Source: Abditibacteriaceae bacterium (GTDB taxonomy: Bacteria; Armatimonadota; Abditibacteriia; Abditibacteriales; Abditibacteriaceae). From it: a stretch of 41,096 nucleotides of DNA. This document shows positions 27,319-35,379 of this stretch, one piece after another; position 1 is the first letter of the stretch, and each line of letters starts with the position of its first letter. The notes beneath the pieces were generated by a model. It was not told where the DNA came from. It saw nothing but the letters and a program-made list of their open reading frames with translations, and searched no databases. The stretch spans positions 1-41,096 of the forward strand of contig JANPJS010000128.1 of assembly GCA_031425655.1 (NCBI GenBank), given 5' to 3'. The position numbers and the translations under genes are program-made.

Positions 27319-29837
27319 TATCGGTAGGTTTGAATGGAACAGGTTTGGCCGTCGGATGTGACTTCGATGGCGCCGCGCAGGTCGGTGCGAAAAACCGGAA
27401 CGCGGCGCCGCGCCAAATGCTGCAACGTCGAAGTGGCGGGATGCTGAAAAGGATTATAGCGTCCGCACGAAATCAAGGCAGCGCGCGGCGATGCGGCGCG
27501 CAAAAACGGCGGACTGCTGCTGCTCTTCGAGCCGTGATGCGCCACTTTGAGAAACGTGCAGTGCAAAGGCGCACCTCGCCGCACCAAACGCGCTTCGCCA
27601 GCCGCTTCGATGTCGGCGGTAAACAGAAAACTGGTGCGCCCATAATCAAGACGCAGCACGACGCCGTTGTCATTGTCGCCTTCCAAACGCGGCGCAAGCG
27701 GCGCTAAAACCGTGACAATCGCGCCGCCGCCTAAATCGAGAATTTGCCCGGCCCGCGCCGGCAAAACCGGCACTTTGCCCCGCCGCAGCGCCTCGCGCGT
27801 CAGTTGATAATCCACGGCCTGGGCATCGCGCGCGTTTCTTGCGCCGTCCAACGCCACTGCGACGGGAATCTCGCGCAGCAAAGCCGGCAGCGCATTGCAA
27901 TGATCCGAATCGGCGTGCGTGATGACCAGAGCGTCCAAATTTTGGGCGCCGATGCTTTGCAAATAAGGCACTAAAACCGCGCGCCCAACGCCGATTTGAT
28001 CTTTCGAGCCGCCGTCAATGAGAACAGTGCGTCCCATCGGCGAACGAATGACAATGGCTTCGCCTTGTCCGACATCGAGCAGCGTCACGCGCAGCGGCGC
28101 CGAGCGCAATTCGATCTCGCGCCGCAACGCCCAAAATGTCAAAAGCAGCAGCGCGCCGGCCAGCCATGGCTGAGGCCGCCAATTTCGACGCGCTCGCCAG
28201 TTTTGCCAACTTTCGCGCGCACTTTGGCGCATGACATCTACGTTATTCAGCAGCGGCGAAGCGGCAGCGCAAAGCAAAAGCGCGGCGCAAAACAGCGTTG
28301 CCGTGATGCGCATCGGCGGTGTTTCGACCGAAGCGCCCGGCAACCCTGCCGCCCAAGTCGCACCGTCGCCGATGGCGCGCGTTAAGGGATAATTCACCAA
28401 TCCGGCGATGGGTAAAAGCAGTCCGGCAACGCCGGTCGCCACAAGGACGCCGCACAGCGGCACGGCCAACAAGTTGAAACTAAATCCGGCCCAACTCGCG
28501 CGCCCAAAATGGAACAACATCAGCGGCATCACGGCGAGTTGAGCGCCCATCGTCAGCGCCGCCACGTCGAGCAAAGCGCCATTTCCAAAAGCGCGGCCCA
28601 GCCAGCGTCGCAGCGCCGGCGCGAGGGCGATCAGTCCCCACGTCGCGGCAAAGGTGAGTTGAAACGAAAGATCAGCCAAGCAGGCCGGTTCGATGACAAA
28701 AAGCGCGATAAACGCCAGCGACCATAGCGAAAGCGCATCCAAATCGCGGCCCAAAAGCAGCGCCCACGCCAGACACAAACCGCCGATGACCGCGCGCCAG
28801 ATGCTCGCCGCGCCGCCCGCGACCAGCGCATAGCTCATCAAAGCCGGCGCAACGAATAAAAACAGCCAACCGCGCCGCAAACCCAGCGCGTGCGCCCCGC
28901 CCAGCACAAGCGCCGCCAGCAGCGTGACTTGCTGGCCCGACGCCACCAGCAAATGCAGCATTCCCGAAGCGCGAAACTCGTCGCGCGTTTGGCCGGGCAG
29001 CGGCTCATCAAGGCCGCCTTGCCCGAAAACCATCGCCGTCAGCAGTTGCGCCGTGGCGTGAGGATAAGGCCGCGCCAGCAAATCGCCCGCGAAAGCGTTT
29101 TCGTAATGCGCTCGCAGCCGTTTTCGCAATGCCGCGATGCCGCGCGCCAGAGGAAATTTCACGGCGCGGCGCAAAACCGTAATTTCGCCCTCTTTAACTT
29201 TCGCCATGCACCAGCAGCCGGCGCCAACGAAACGCCACGCGCTTTCACGCTGACCCGGATTTCCGGCGCGCGGCACATCGCGCAGTTCGGCGGCGATTTC
29301 CACTTCGTCGCCGACACCCAAAGCCGCTTCCGGCGGCGCCGAAATCCATACGAAACCGTGCGCAGCCACGCCGCTGGCCGTTGCGACTTCGAGCGGAAAT
29401 TCCTGTTTGAAATCGCCGCCTCGCGGTTCGTTCGCTATAAAGCCGCGCAGCGTCGTGTTCGACGGCAAAATCGGGCCTTCAAGTGCGTGGCGGGCGACTA
29501 AAAATGAAACGTCGTTTGCCGGCGGCAACGCGCGGCGGGCGCTCTGAACAGAACACAAGCACGCGACGGCAAAAAAGAGCGCGATGCGGCTCCACCACAC
29601 CAAAGCACGCCAACGCCACGCCAGAAAACAGAACCCGACAGCAGGCAAAATCGGCCACAGCGAAGCCATATTGCCGCGCGCCAAGCCATCATTCGCCAGC
29701 AGCGCGCCGAGCGATAAGCCTGCCGTGCCGCCCGATCCGACAGCGGGCGCCAGCCACACCAGCGGACGAAGCCGCAAACCGCGCAGCCAGCGCGCGGCAG
29801 AAACGGGCCGGTCATTCCACTCAGTCGCGGCAAGCAT
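27318..29837 (-). CDS. comEC: DNA uptake competence protein ComEC/Rec2
   Basis: OB-like domain; competence domain (F..SG..HLLVASGQQV, R..I, LSFQLTF.AT); C-terminal MBL (LDVGQG, IDGG, THADSDH, FTADIE, KVAHHGS, HP, RTD..GAI). Confidence 0.93.
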   Translation of the reverse strand: MLAATEWNDRPVSAARWLRGLRLRPLVWLAPAVGSGGTAGLSLGALLANDGLARGNMASLWPILPAVGFCFLAWRWRALVWWSRIALFFAVACLCSVQSARRALPPANDVSFLVARHALEGPILPSNTTLRGFIANEPRGGDFKQEFPLEVATASGVAAHGFVWISAPPEAALGVGDEVEIAAELRDVPRAGNPGQRESAWRFVGAGCWCMAKVKEGEITVLRRAVKFPLARGIAALRKRLRAHYENAFAGDLLARPYPHATAQLLTAMVFGQGGLDEPLPGQTRDEFRASGMLHLLVASGQQVTLLAALVLGGAHALGLRRGWLFLFVAPALMSYALVAGGAASIWRAVIGGLCLAWALLLGRDLDALSLWSLAFIALFVIEPACLADLSFQLTFAATWGLIALAPALRRWLGRAFGNGALLDVAALTMGAQLAVMPLMLFHFGRASWAGFSFNLLAVPLCGVLVATGVAGLLLPIAGLVNYPLTRAIGDGATWAAGLPGASVETPPMRITATLFCAALLLCAAASPLLNNVDVMRQSARESWQNWRARRNWRPQPWLAGALLLLTFWALRREIELRSAPLRVTLLDVGQGEAIVIRSPMGRTVLIDGGSKDQIGVGRAVLVPYLQSIGAQNLDALVITHADSDHCNALPALLREIPVAVALDGARNARDAQAVDYQLTREALRRGKVPVLPARAGQILDLGGGAIVTVLAPLAPRLEGDNDNGVVLRLDYGRTSFLFTADIEAAGEARLVRRGAPLHCTFLKVAHHGSKSSSSPPFLRAASPRAALISCGRYNPFQHPATSTLQHLARRRVPVFRTDLRGAIEVTSDGQTCSIQTYR

Positions 29838-29900
29838 CGCTTCAAAATCCGAAAAAGAATGTTCACATTATGACCTATTTCGGCGATGGCAGAAAATATA

Positions 29901-30063
29901 GGCACCCGGCCATCGTGGCATCCGGCGATTATGTTACGCGGCCATCATGTCGCCCGGCCATAAATGGCCGGGTGCCACAATCGCCGCGTAACATGATGGC
30001 CGGGTGGCATAATGGCCGGGTGCCACGATGACCGGGCGACATGACGACCGGGCGACATGATGA
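29901..30063. repeat. Degenerate 16-bp tandem array in inverted arrangement
   Basis: About 4 units (ggcacccggccatcgt...), a centre at ~29962, then about 6 inverse units (atggccgggtgccacg...). Confidence 0.85.
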
Positions 30064-30088
30064 ACTTGTGTTTTACTGGCGTGCGCTT

Positions 30089-31009
30089 ATGCCCGCTTGG
30101 ATTGAATTTCGCCTCTCTACGCCGCCCGAATTTACAGAAGTTTGCGCCCAGCTTTTGCTCGACGCCGGCTGCATGGGCGCGCAAATTGACGACACCGACA
30201 TCGCGCCCGACGGCGAAGACGCTGTGCTAACCCTCAAAGTGCAGGCGACGGTTTCGAGCTACGTCGAAGATTCGGCGCCGATTGAAACCATGCGCGGGCA
30301 AATCGAAAATGCCCTTGAGCGCGGCCAAATTCCGGCGCGCCTCGAAGTGCTTCCCGCCGGTGATGAAGACTGGAGCCTGTCGTGGCGCGAAAACTTTCCG
30401 CCGCTGCATATCGGCCCCTTTGTCGTCGTGCCCTCGTGGGAAACGCCCGACGCAGCGTGGCCCACCAACCGCATTCTGCGTCTCGATCCGGGCTTGGCTT
30501 TTGGCACCGGGCAGCATCCGACAACGCGATTGTGCCTTGAATTTCTTGGTGAACACTTGCCGAAATTGGAAAGCCCGTCGCTCATTGATGTGGGATGCGG
30601 CAGCGGGATTCTCAGCATCGCGGCGGCCAAATTGGGCGCGCGTGTGACGGGCAGCGATCTCGATCCGTGGTGCGTGCGTGCTACGCGCGAAAACGCCGAA
30701 ATCAACGACGTGCCGGTTGAAATTGTCGAAGCGCCGAACCTCGATTGGGCAAGTCAGCCGTTCGATGTCGTGGCCGCAAACTTGATGAGCAATCTGCTTA
30801 TTCAACTGGCGGCGCAACTGGCGCGCGTCACGCGGCGGGGCGGCTTGCTTATCACCTCCGGCATTTCGCAGCCGCGCGCCGAAGAAGTTGAAGCCGCGCT
30901 GCACTCCGCCGGTTTTTCAACGCTCGAACGCCGCGACGCTCAAGGCGAAACGCGCGGCGATTTAACCGAATGGTGGACGGGATTTTTATTCAGGAGGGAT
31001 GAGGGATGA
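30089..31009 (+). CDS. prmA: Ribosomal protein L11 methyltransferase
   Basis: EDW...W...F.P, LDPGLAFGTGQHPTTRLCL, DVGCGSGILSIAAAKLGA, VVAANL, SGI. Start moved to 30089 because the upstream codons are repeat DNA. Confidence 0.95.
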   Translation: MPAWIEFRLSTPPEFTEVCAQLLLDAGCMGAQIDDTDIAPDGEDAVLTLKVQATVSSYVEDSAPIETMRGQIENALERGQIPARLEVLPAGDEDWSLSWRENFPPLHIGPFVVVPSWETPDAAWPTNRILRLDPGLAFGTGQHPTTRLCLEFLGEHLPKLESPSLIDVGCGSGILSIAAAKLGARVTGSDLDPWCVRATRENAEINDVPVEIVEAPNLDWASQPFDVVAANLMSNLLIQLAAQLARVTRRGGLLITSGISQPRAEEVEAALHSAGFSTLERRDAQGETRGDLTEWWTGFLFRRDEG

Positions 31010-31113
31010 GGGCCGGGCGCCCTTTGGGCAGGAGATGAAAAAGCGCCTGCGGCGCGCAATCCAACGGCGCGCAGCGCCGAATTTCATCCCTCATCCTTCC
31101 GCCCTCATCCCTT
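30993..31113. repeat. Heptamer inverted array (GGGATGA/TCATCCC) with nested mini-hairpin
   Basis: gagggatgagggatgagg ... tttcatccctcatccttccgccctcatccctt; supplies the prmA stop codon. Confidence 0.8.
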
Positions 31114-31121
31114 AGTGTGCC

Positions 31122-31925
31122 ATGTCTCGCATTTATCTTTCTCCCTCGATTTTAGAACCCGGCTTGCGCGGCGAAGCGTTCGATCTCGACTTCGAGACCG
31201 CCAAGAAATTAGTGCGCGTGCTGCGCCTGACGCCCGGCGAAACCTTCGTGGCCTTCGACGGCATGGGCGGCGAATGGGAATGCGCGCTGGTCGAAGTCGA
31301 AAGCGAGCGCAAGCATTTGCGGGCGCGAGCGACCGTTATCGCCGAGCGCGAAGTGCCCGCAGCCGGACGCTTGCATTTAATGGTGGCCCAGGCGATTCCC
31401 AAAGGCGACAAAATGGAGTTCGTGCTGCAAAAAGGCACTGAACTCGGCGTGGCCGAATTCTGGCCGTTCGAGGCCGAACGCAGCGTGCCGCGCTTGCTCG
31501 GCGACGATGACGGCGAGCGCGCCACACTGCGCGCCGAACGTTGGCGGCGCATCGTAGCCGGCGCCGCCTCGCAATGTGGACGCTCGCAGGTGCCGATTAT
31601 TCACGCCATTGGCGACTTCGGCACGGCGGTCAGTTCTGGCACAGCGCAAGGCCGTTGTTTCATGCTCGACGAGAAGCCGGACACGCCCGGTTTGCGCGAA
31701 GTTTTGGCGCAAGCGCCGCTTTTCGCGCCGGACGCCGCGCCCGATGATGTGGCGCGTATTATGCTCTTGATCGGCCCCGAAGGCGGCTGGGGCGAGCGTG
31801 AGCGCGAATGGGCCGAACGCTACGGTGCCGAATCCGTTGGACTGGGCCGTCTGGTATTACGCACTGAAACCGCTGCTTTGGCGGCTGCCGCAATTTTGCA
31901 ATGGGAAGCCGGAGATTTAGGCTGA
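31122..31925 (+). CDS. rsmE: 16S rRNA m3U1498 methyltransferase
   Basis: VRVLRL, KGDKMEFVLQKGTELGV, AA.QCGR, IGPEGGW, LG..VLRTETA; downstream of prmA. Confidence 0.95.
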   Translation: MSRIYLSPSILEPGLRGEAFDLDFETAKKLVRVLRLTPGETFVAFDGMGGEWECALVEVESERKHLRARATVIAEREVPAAGRLHLMVAQAIPKGDKMEFVLQKGTELGVAEFWPFEAERSVPRLLGDDDGERATLRAERWRRIVAGAASQCGRSQVPIIHAIGDFGTAVSSGTAQGRCFMLDEKPDTPGLREVLAQAPLFAPDAAPDDVARIMLLIGPEGGWGEREREWAERYGAESVGLGRLVLRTETAALAAAAILQWEAGDLG

Positions 31926-32228
31926 ACGGCGCGTGTCCCGCACAGCATAGAAAGCAATGCGATTCGATTGACAAGCGAGGGCATGAGATTTAAAATGCTC
32001 ACCACACAAAAGACGTGAAGTCGGAAGCGCATTTCCATCAACGGTTGCCGCAGTCGCTCTTTTTCGCAGGCTGCCGTCTTTTACCGTTTTAAGTTTGAGG
32101 CCGGGTCGCTGTCCTAAGTCTGAAATCGTGCCGCACCCGAACATCGCATTGAAAAGCTAAGTGTCAAGATTGAAGTCACTTGGCGTTGTTCCCCGTAGAA
32201 AACGAACCCGGAATCTGGAGGCATCGCA

Positions 32229-32609
32229 GTGTCATTGAAAGAACTGAAAATCGAACACGCCACGGCGCCCGTCACGGAGCGCGAAATCCGCATTGTTCGC
32301 CTCGAAGGCTACGTGGACGCCCACACCTTTACCGACTTTGAAGAAGAGCTAACTAAGCTCGTCGAAGCCGGTCATTACAACCTGCTACTCGACCTCGAAC
32401 GACTCACTTATATCAACTCGACTGGCTTGGGATTACTGATGGCGACCTTTCGACAAGTGCGCCAACAGCAAGGCGATTTGGTTATCGCCAAGATGAGCGA
32501 CAAGATCACCAACATTTTCAATTTGTTGGGCTTTTCCCGTCTGATTCACACCTACGCCACGGAAGAAGAAGCTTTGCGCCACTTCGGCGGCGAAGAAGCT
32601 GCGGCCTGA
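32229..32609 (+). CDS. STAS-domain anti-sigma-factor antagonist (RsbV/SpoIIAA-like)
   Basis: GGAGG RBS plus GTG; L.G..DA, DL..LTYINSTGLG.L phosphoacceptor motif. Confidence 0.9.
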   Translation: MSLKELKIEHATAPVTEREIRIVRLEGYVDAHTFTDFEEELTKLVEAGHYNLLLDLERLTYINSTGLGLLMATFRQVRQQQGDLVIAKMSDKITNIFNLLGFSRLIHTYATEEEALRHFGGEEAAA

Positions 32610-32809
32610 ACCGGCGGTGCGGAATAATCTGCACTGTTGCGCATCCGTTCATAGATGCTTTAGTGTCTTGAAATCGGTGCTGTTTTTCAGTCTCATCGGG
32701 AATGGCGTTTCTGCTTCGCCGTCCGAAAAATACTTTTATTGGTTTCACTGACAAAGCGCGGCAAATCGTTGGCTTGGAGCCTTTCAGAGCAAGGCAATAA
32801 GGCTAAAAG

Positions 32810-33277
32810 ATGAGTCATTCGGCAGAACAACCTAATAATAAGCCCGCCGCGCAACCGGTTGTGCATAGCCTCCGGCAAATCGGCACGCCGCACGCACTGC
32901 CCAAAATCCGCCAACTGGTAGTCGAGGTCGCCGAACGCTGCGGTTTCGACGGCGAAAACGTCGCCAAAATCGAAATGGCCGTCGGCGAAGCCTGCTCCAA
33001 TATCGTCGAACACGCTTATCGCACCCTGCCGCATCCTCTCGACCTTGAAGTCAAGGTTTTCGAGCATTCCGACCGCCTCGAAATCCTCATTCTCGATTAT
33101 TCTTCGATCAATTTCCCCGTAGACCAAATGTCCGGCCTGCCTCTCGATGATTATCTCGAAACGCAGCAGCGGCGCGGTTTGGGTCTTTACATCATTCGCA
33201 ACTTCGTGGATTTCGTCGAACACCGCTTCGTTTGCGGGCAGGGCAACGAACTGCGTCTGGTCAAATACTTCGCGTAG
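32810..33277 (+). CDS. Anti-sigma factor / Ser-Thr kinase (RsbW-like, HATPase_c_2)
   Basis: AVGEACSNIVEHAY, GLGLYIIRNFVD.V, GN.L.LVK; adjacent to the STAS gene. Confidence 0.9.
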   Translation: MSHSAEQPNNKPAAQPVVHSLRQIGTPHALPKIRQLVVEVAERCGFDGENVAKIEMAVGEACSNIVEHAYRTLPHPLDLEVKVFEHSDRLEILILDYSSINFPVDQMSGLPLDDYLETQQRRGLGLYIIRNFVDFVEHRFVCGQGNELRLVKYFA

Positions 33278-33311
33278 TTTCAAATCCGTAAATCCGTCGC
33301 AGGAAACGAAT

Positions 33312-34826
33312 ATGGATGTCAAGAAAACGCTGATGGCCTGCGCTTTAATCGGCGCTGCGTTATGGCTCCTCGGCTTTCAAAGCAGAGCGCGTGCGGCTGA
33401 TAGCGGTGGTGTTCTCATTCGACAAATCAACATAAATCATCTGGCTTTGCCGGGACAGTTCAAACCGAGCCGTGTCTCGATAAAACGAGACAGTGTTCGT
33501 TATGAAGGGAACTCGGCGCCGAGTCCTGTGAGAGATATTTATGCAGCCGTTTTCCCGTCTGTTGTCGAAGCGGAAAAGGCATTTCAGCGATGGACAACTT
33601 GGCCGCTTCGCAATATTCGACTGCGGCGAATTCCGAACGATGGAAAACAAACCGACTTAAGTCCTAACACGCCTCTGAAGATTCCTAAAATTGGTGATCA
33701 ATTCGGCGGCGAGTTTGGATACCCCAACATAAGAAGCTTTGACTACTCTCGCCCAAAGGGGAAGGGGTTGGACATTGGCTATTTTAGTCGCATAGTGCTT
33801 CGTCGTCAGAATGTCCTGATTAGTTTCTGTTACGCGGGCAAAGATGCCGACGCTGTATCTCTGGCGCAACGCATAGATCAACAAATTCTCTATGATGCGA
33901 CTGTGGCGCCCAGAGGCGACAGTTTACAGATTCCAACCGTTAATTTTACGGCGCCCGCTACGGCTATCGGAGGTCGGCGACTGTTAGTTCACCTCAATTG
34001 CCCCGATAGCAACGGTGTGCGAATGTCAGACCTCAAGGCCGATGGTGTTTACTCCCAAAATGGCGATTACCCGCTGATTAAACAAGGCAAATTCTGGATT
34101 TATGCGCCCAATAAGGCCGGTCGGGTAACGGTGCCGATAAGGATGGTTTCTGAAGGCAACGTGTTTTTTACCAAGAACCTGACGCTTAATGTGACCACCA
34201 AAGAGCAATTCGAAGCAACGCGGCGCTTTCGGCTTTGGCCTGTGCCTGCTCATGCCCTTTATTTTTTTCAAACAGCCACCGAAAAAGTGAAAACCGTCAA
34301 TAATCTCTTCACTAAAGAACAGGAATGGTTTAGATATGGCCCTTTTTACGTCGGCCCGGTTTACGACGCAGAGAAACGCCAAAAGCTAAAAGCGCAGGCG
34401 TTGTCCGAATGGAAAAACTGCATCAAAACGCAATGGCTCCCTGAAGACGATTTGCTCAACACGGCTTACATAGACCCGCGTCCGGCGAATCGCTATGTCG
34501 CTTATGCAACGTATCAAGGGCAGGGCAGTCGCTGCGTTTTGTGGGGCGAGTTGGGCGGCGAGTTCTGCTATTATATCGAGCAATCGCTTCCGTTGGCCAA
34601 AGGCGCAAAACTCTTGCAAATCGAACACATAACTGTGCCGGGCGCCGCTGTTTTGAGCCAAAATTTCGAGCGTTATCGTGCTTTCGACCCAAATAAAGGC
34701 AAGCGCGAAAAAGTCCATATTCTGCTGCTGCGCTTTCCGGTTTCCGATGCTAATCGAGAAAAGTCACCCGATGAGCAGGTGAACTTGCGCTTCCCTGGTT
34801 TTCTGGGGAAATTGATGGCTGAATAA
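33312..34826 (+). CDS. Hypothetical secreted protein (504 aa), lower GC
   Basis: AGGA then ATG 33312 gives a signal peptide MDVKKTLMACALIGAALWLLGFQSRARA; no family recognised. Confidence 0.7.
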   Translation: MDVKKTLMACALIGAALWLLGFQSRARAADSGGVLIRQININHLALPGQFKPSRVSIKRDSVRYEGNSAPSPVRDIYAAVFPSVVEAEKAFQRWTTWPLRNIRLRRIPNDGKQTDLSPNTPLKIPKIGDQFGGEFGYPNIRSFDYSRPKGKGLDIGYFSRIVLRRQNVLISFCYAGKDADAVSLAQRIDQQILYDATVAPRGDSLQIPTVNFTAPATAIGGRRLLVHLNCPDSNGVRMSDLKADGVYSQNGDYPLIKQGKFWIYAPNKAGRVTVPIRMVSEGNVFFTKNLTLNVTTKEQFEATRRFRLWPVPAHALYFFQTATEKVKTVNNLFTKEQEWFRYGPFYVGPVYDAEKRQKLKAQALSEWKNCIKTQWLPEDDLLNTAYIDPRPANRYVAYATYQGQGSRCVLWGELGGEFCYYIEQSLPLAKGAKLLQIEHITVPGAAVLSQNFERYRAFDPNKGKREKVHILLLRFPVSDANREKSPDEQVNLRFPGFLGKLMAE

Positions 34827-34869
34827 CAATTTTGTGCAGGCGAGGCTGCAATCTTCCGCTTGGCTTGTG

Positions 34870-34899
34870 TTGACAAACGCGCGATAGGGCTTCTATAAT
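34870..34899 (+). promoter_or_regulatory. Consensus sigma70/sigmaA promoter of the T-box-ilvBN leader
   Basis: TTGACA (34870-34875), 18-bp spacer, TATAAT (34894-34899). Confidence 0.85.
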
Positions 34900-35109
34900 T
34901 TCAGAGACAACCAGAAAAAGACCGTGATGAGGAAGAGTAAGCGGGAAGGGCGTTCGAGAGAGCCGATTGACATGGTGTGAAATCGGCAGCGTGCCCCCGT
35001 TGAAGTCACCTCGGAGTCGCGGAAGCGAACAGCCGTGAGCAACAGCTTTCAGCCTTGTAGTTTTCGACGGGCGCGCCCGTAATAGCGCGAAATGAAGTGC
35101 CCTTCGGGC

Positions 35110-35182
35110 AGTTTTGAATTTTGAGTTTTGAATTTTGAGTTGAAACACTAACTCAACACTCACAACTCAACACTCATAACTC
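35110..35182. repeat. Heptamer inverted array inside the T-box leader
   Basis: agttttgaattttgagttttgaattttgagtt ... aactcaacactcacaactcaacactcataact. Confidence 0.85.
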
Positions 35183-35223
35183 CGCAGGGAACGTGGGTGG
35201 TAACGCGAGAGCAAAATTTTAAG

Positions 35224-35287
35224 CTCCCGTCCCGCGAGAGGCGATGAGATTCACTCATCGCACTCGCAGGGCGGGAGTTTTGTTTTT
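35224..35287 (+). terminator. T-box attenuator terminator
   Basis: ctcccgtcccgcgag-ag-gcgatgag-attca-ctcatcgc-a-ctcgcagggcgggag followed by ttttgttttt; overlaps the antiterminator 3' strand. Confidence 0.85.
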
Positions 35288-35370
35288 AGGTGCTGGGTGT
35301 TAGGTTTTAGGGGCTGGAAATGGCGTCGGAGCCGTTTTTCAGCACCCAAAACCCAAAACCCAACACCCAA
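35286..35370. repeat. Heptamer inverted array (TGGGTGT/AACCCAA type)
   Basis: ttaggtgctgggtgttaggttttagg ... cagcacccaaaacccaaaacccaacacccaa; near-copy at 37213-37286. Confidence 0.85.
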
Positions 35371-35379
35371 GGAGTGATT

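Larger units (their letters stand above)
34917..35287 (+). ncRNA. T-box riboswitch leader, probable Val (GUC) specifier
   Basis: Stem I tgatgagg...AGTA (34936-39)...agagag...ggtgtgaa...GAA-GTC-A-cctcgga; CCGT-containing IIA/B region; T-box gggtggtaacgcg (35195-35207) pairing with cgtccc; downstream terminator. Confidence 0.9.

Noticed and set aside
29858..29869. Palindrome aatgt-tc-acatt upstream of comEC as an operator
   Set aside because: Only 5-bp arms, a single copy, and no match to a box I can name; chance is plausible.
29901..30063. Possible CRISPR array
   Set aside because: Units are contiguous, degenerate 16-mers with no unique spacers, they flip orientation midway, and there are no cas genes.
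31926..32228. Possible ncRNA or small ORF in the 300-bp gap before the STAS gene
   Set aside because: No recognisable riboswitch, tRNA or tmRNA motif; the short ORFs lack an RBS and features.
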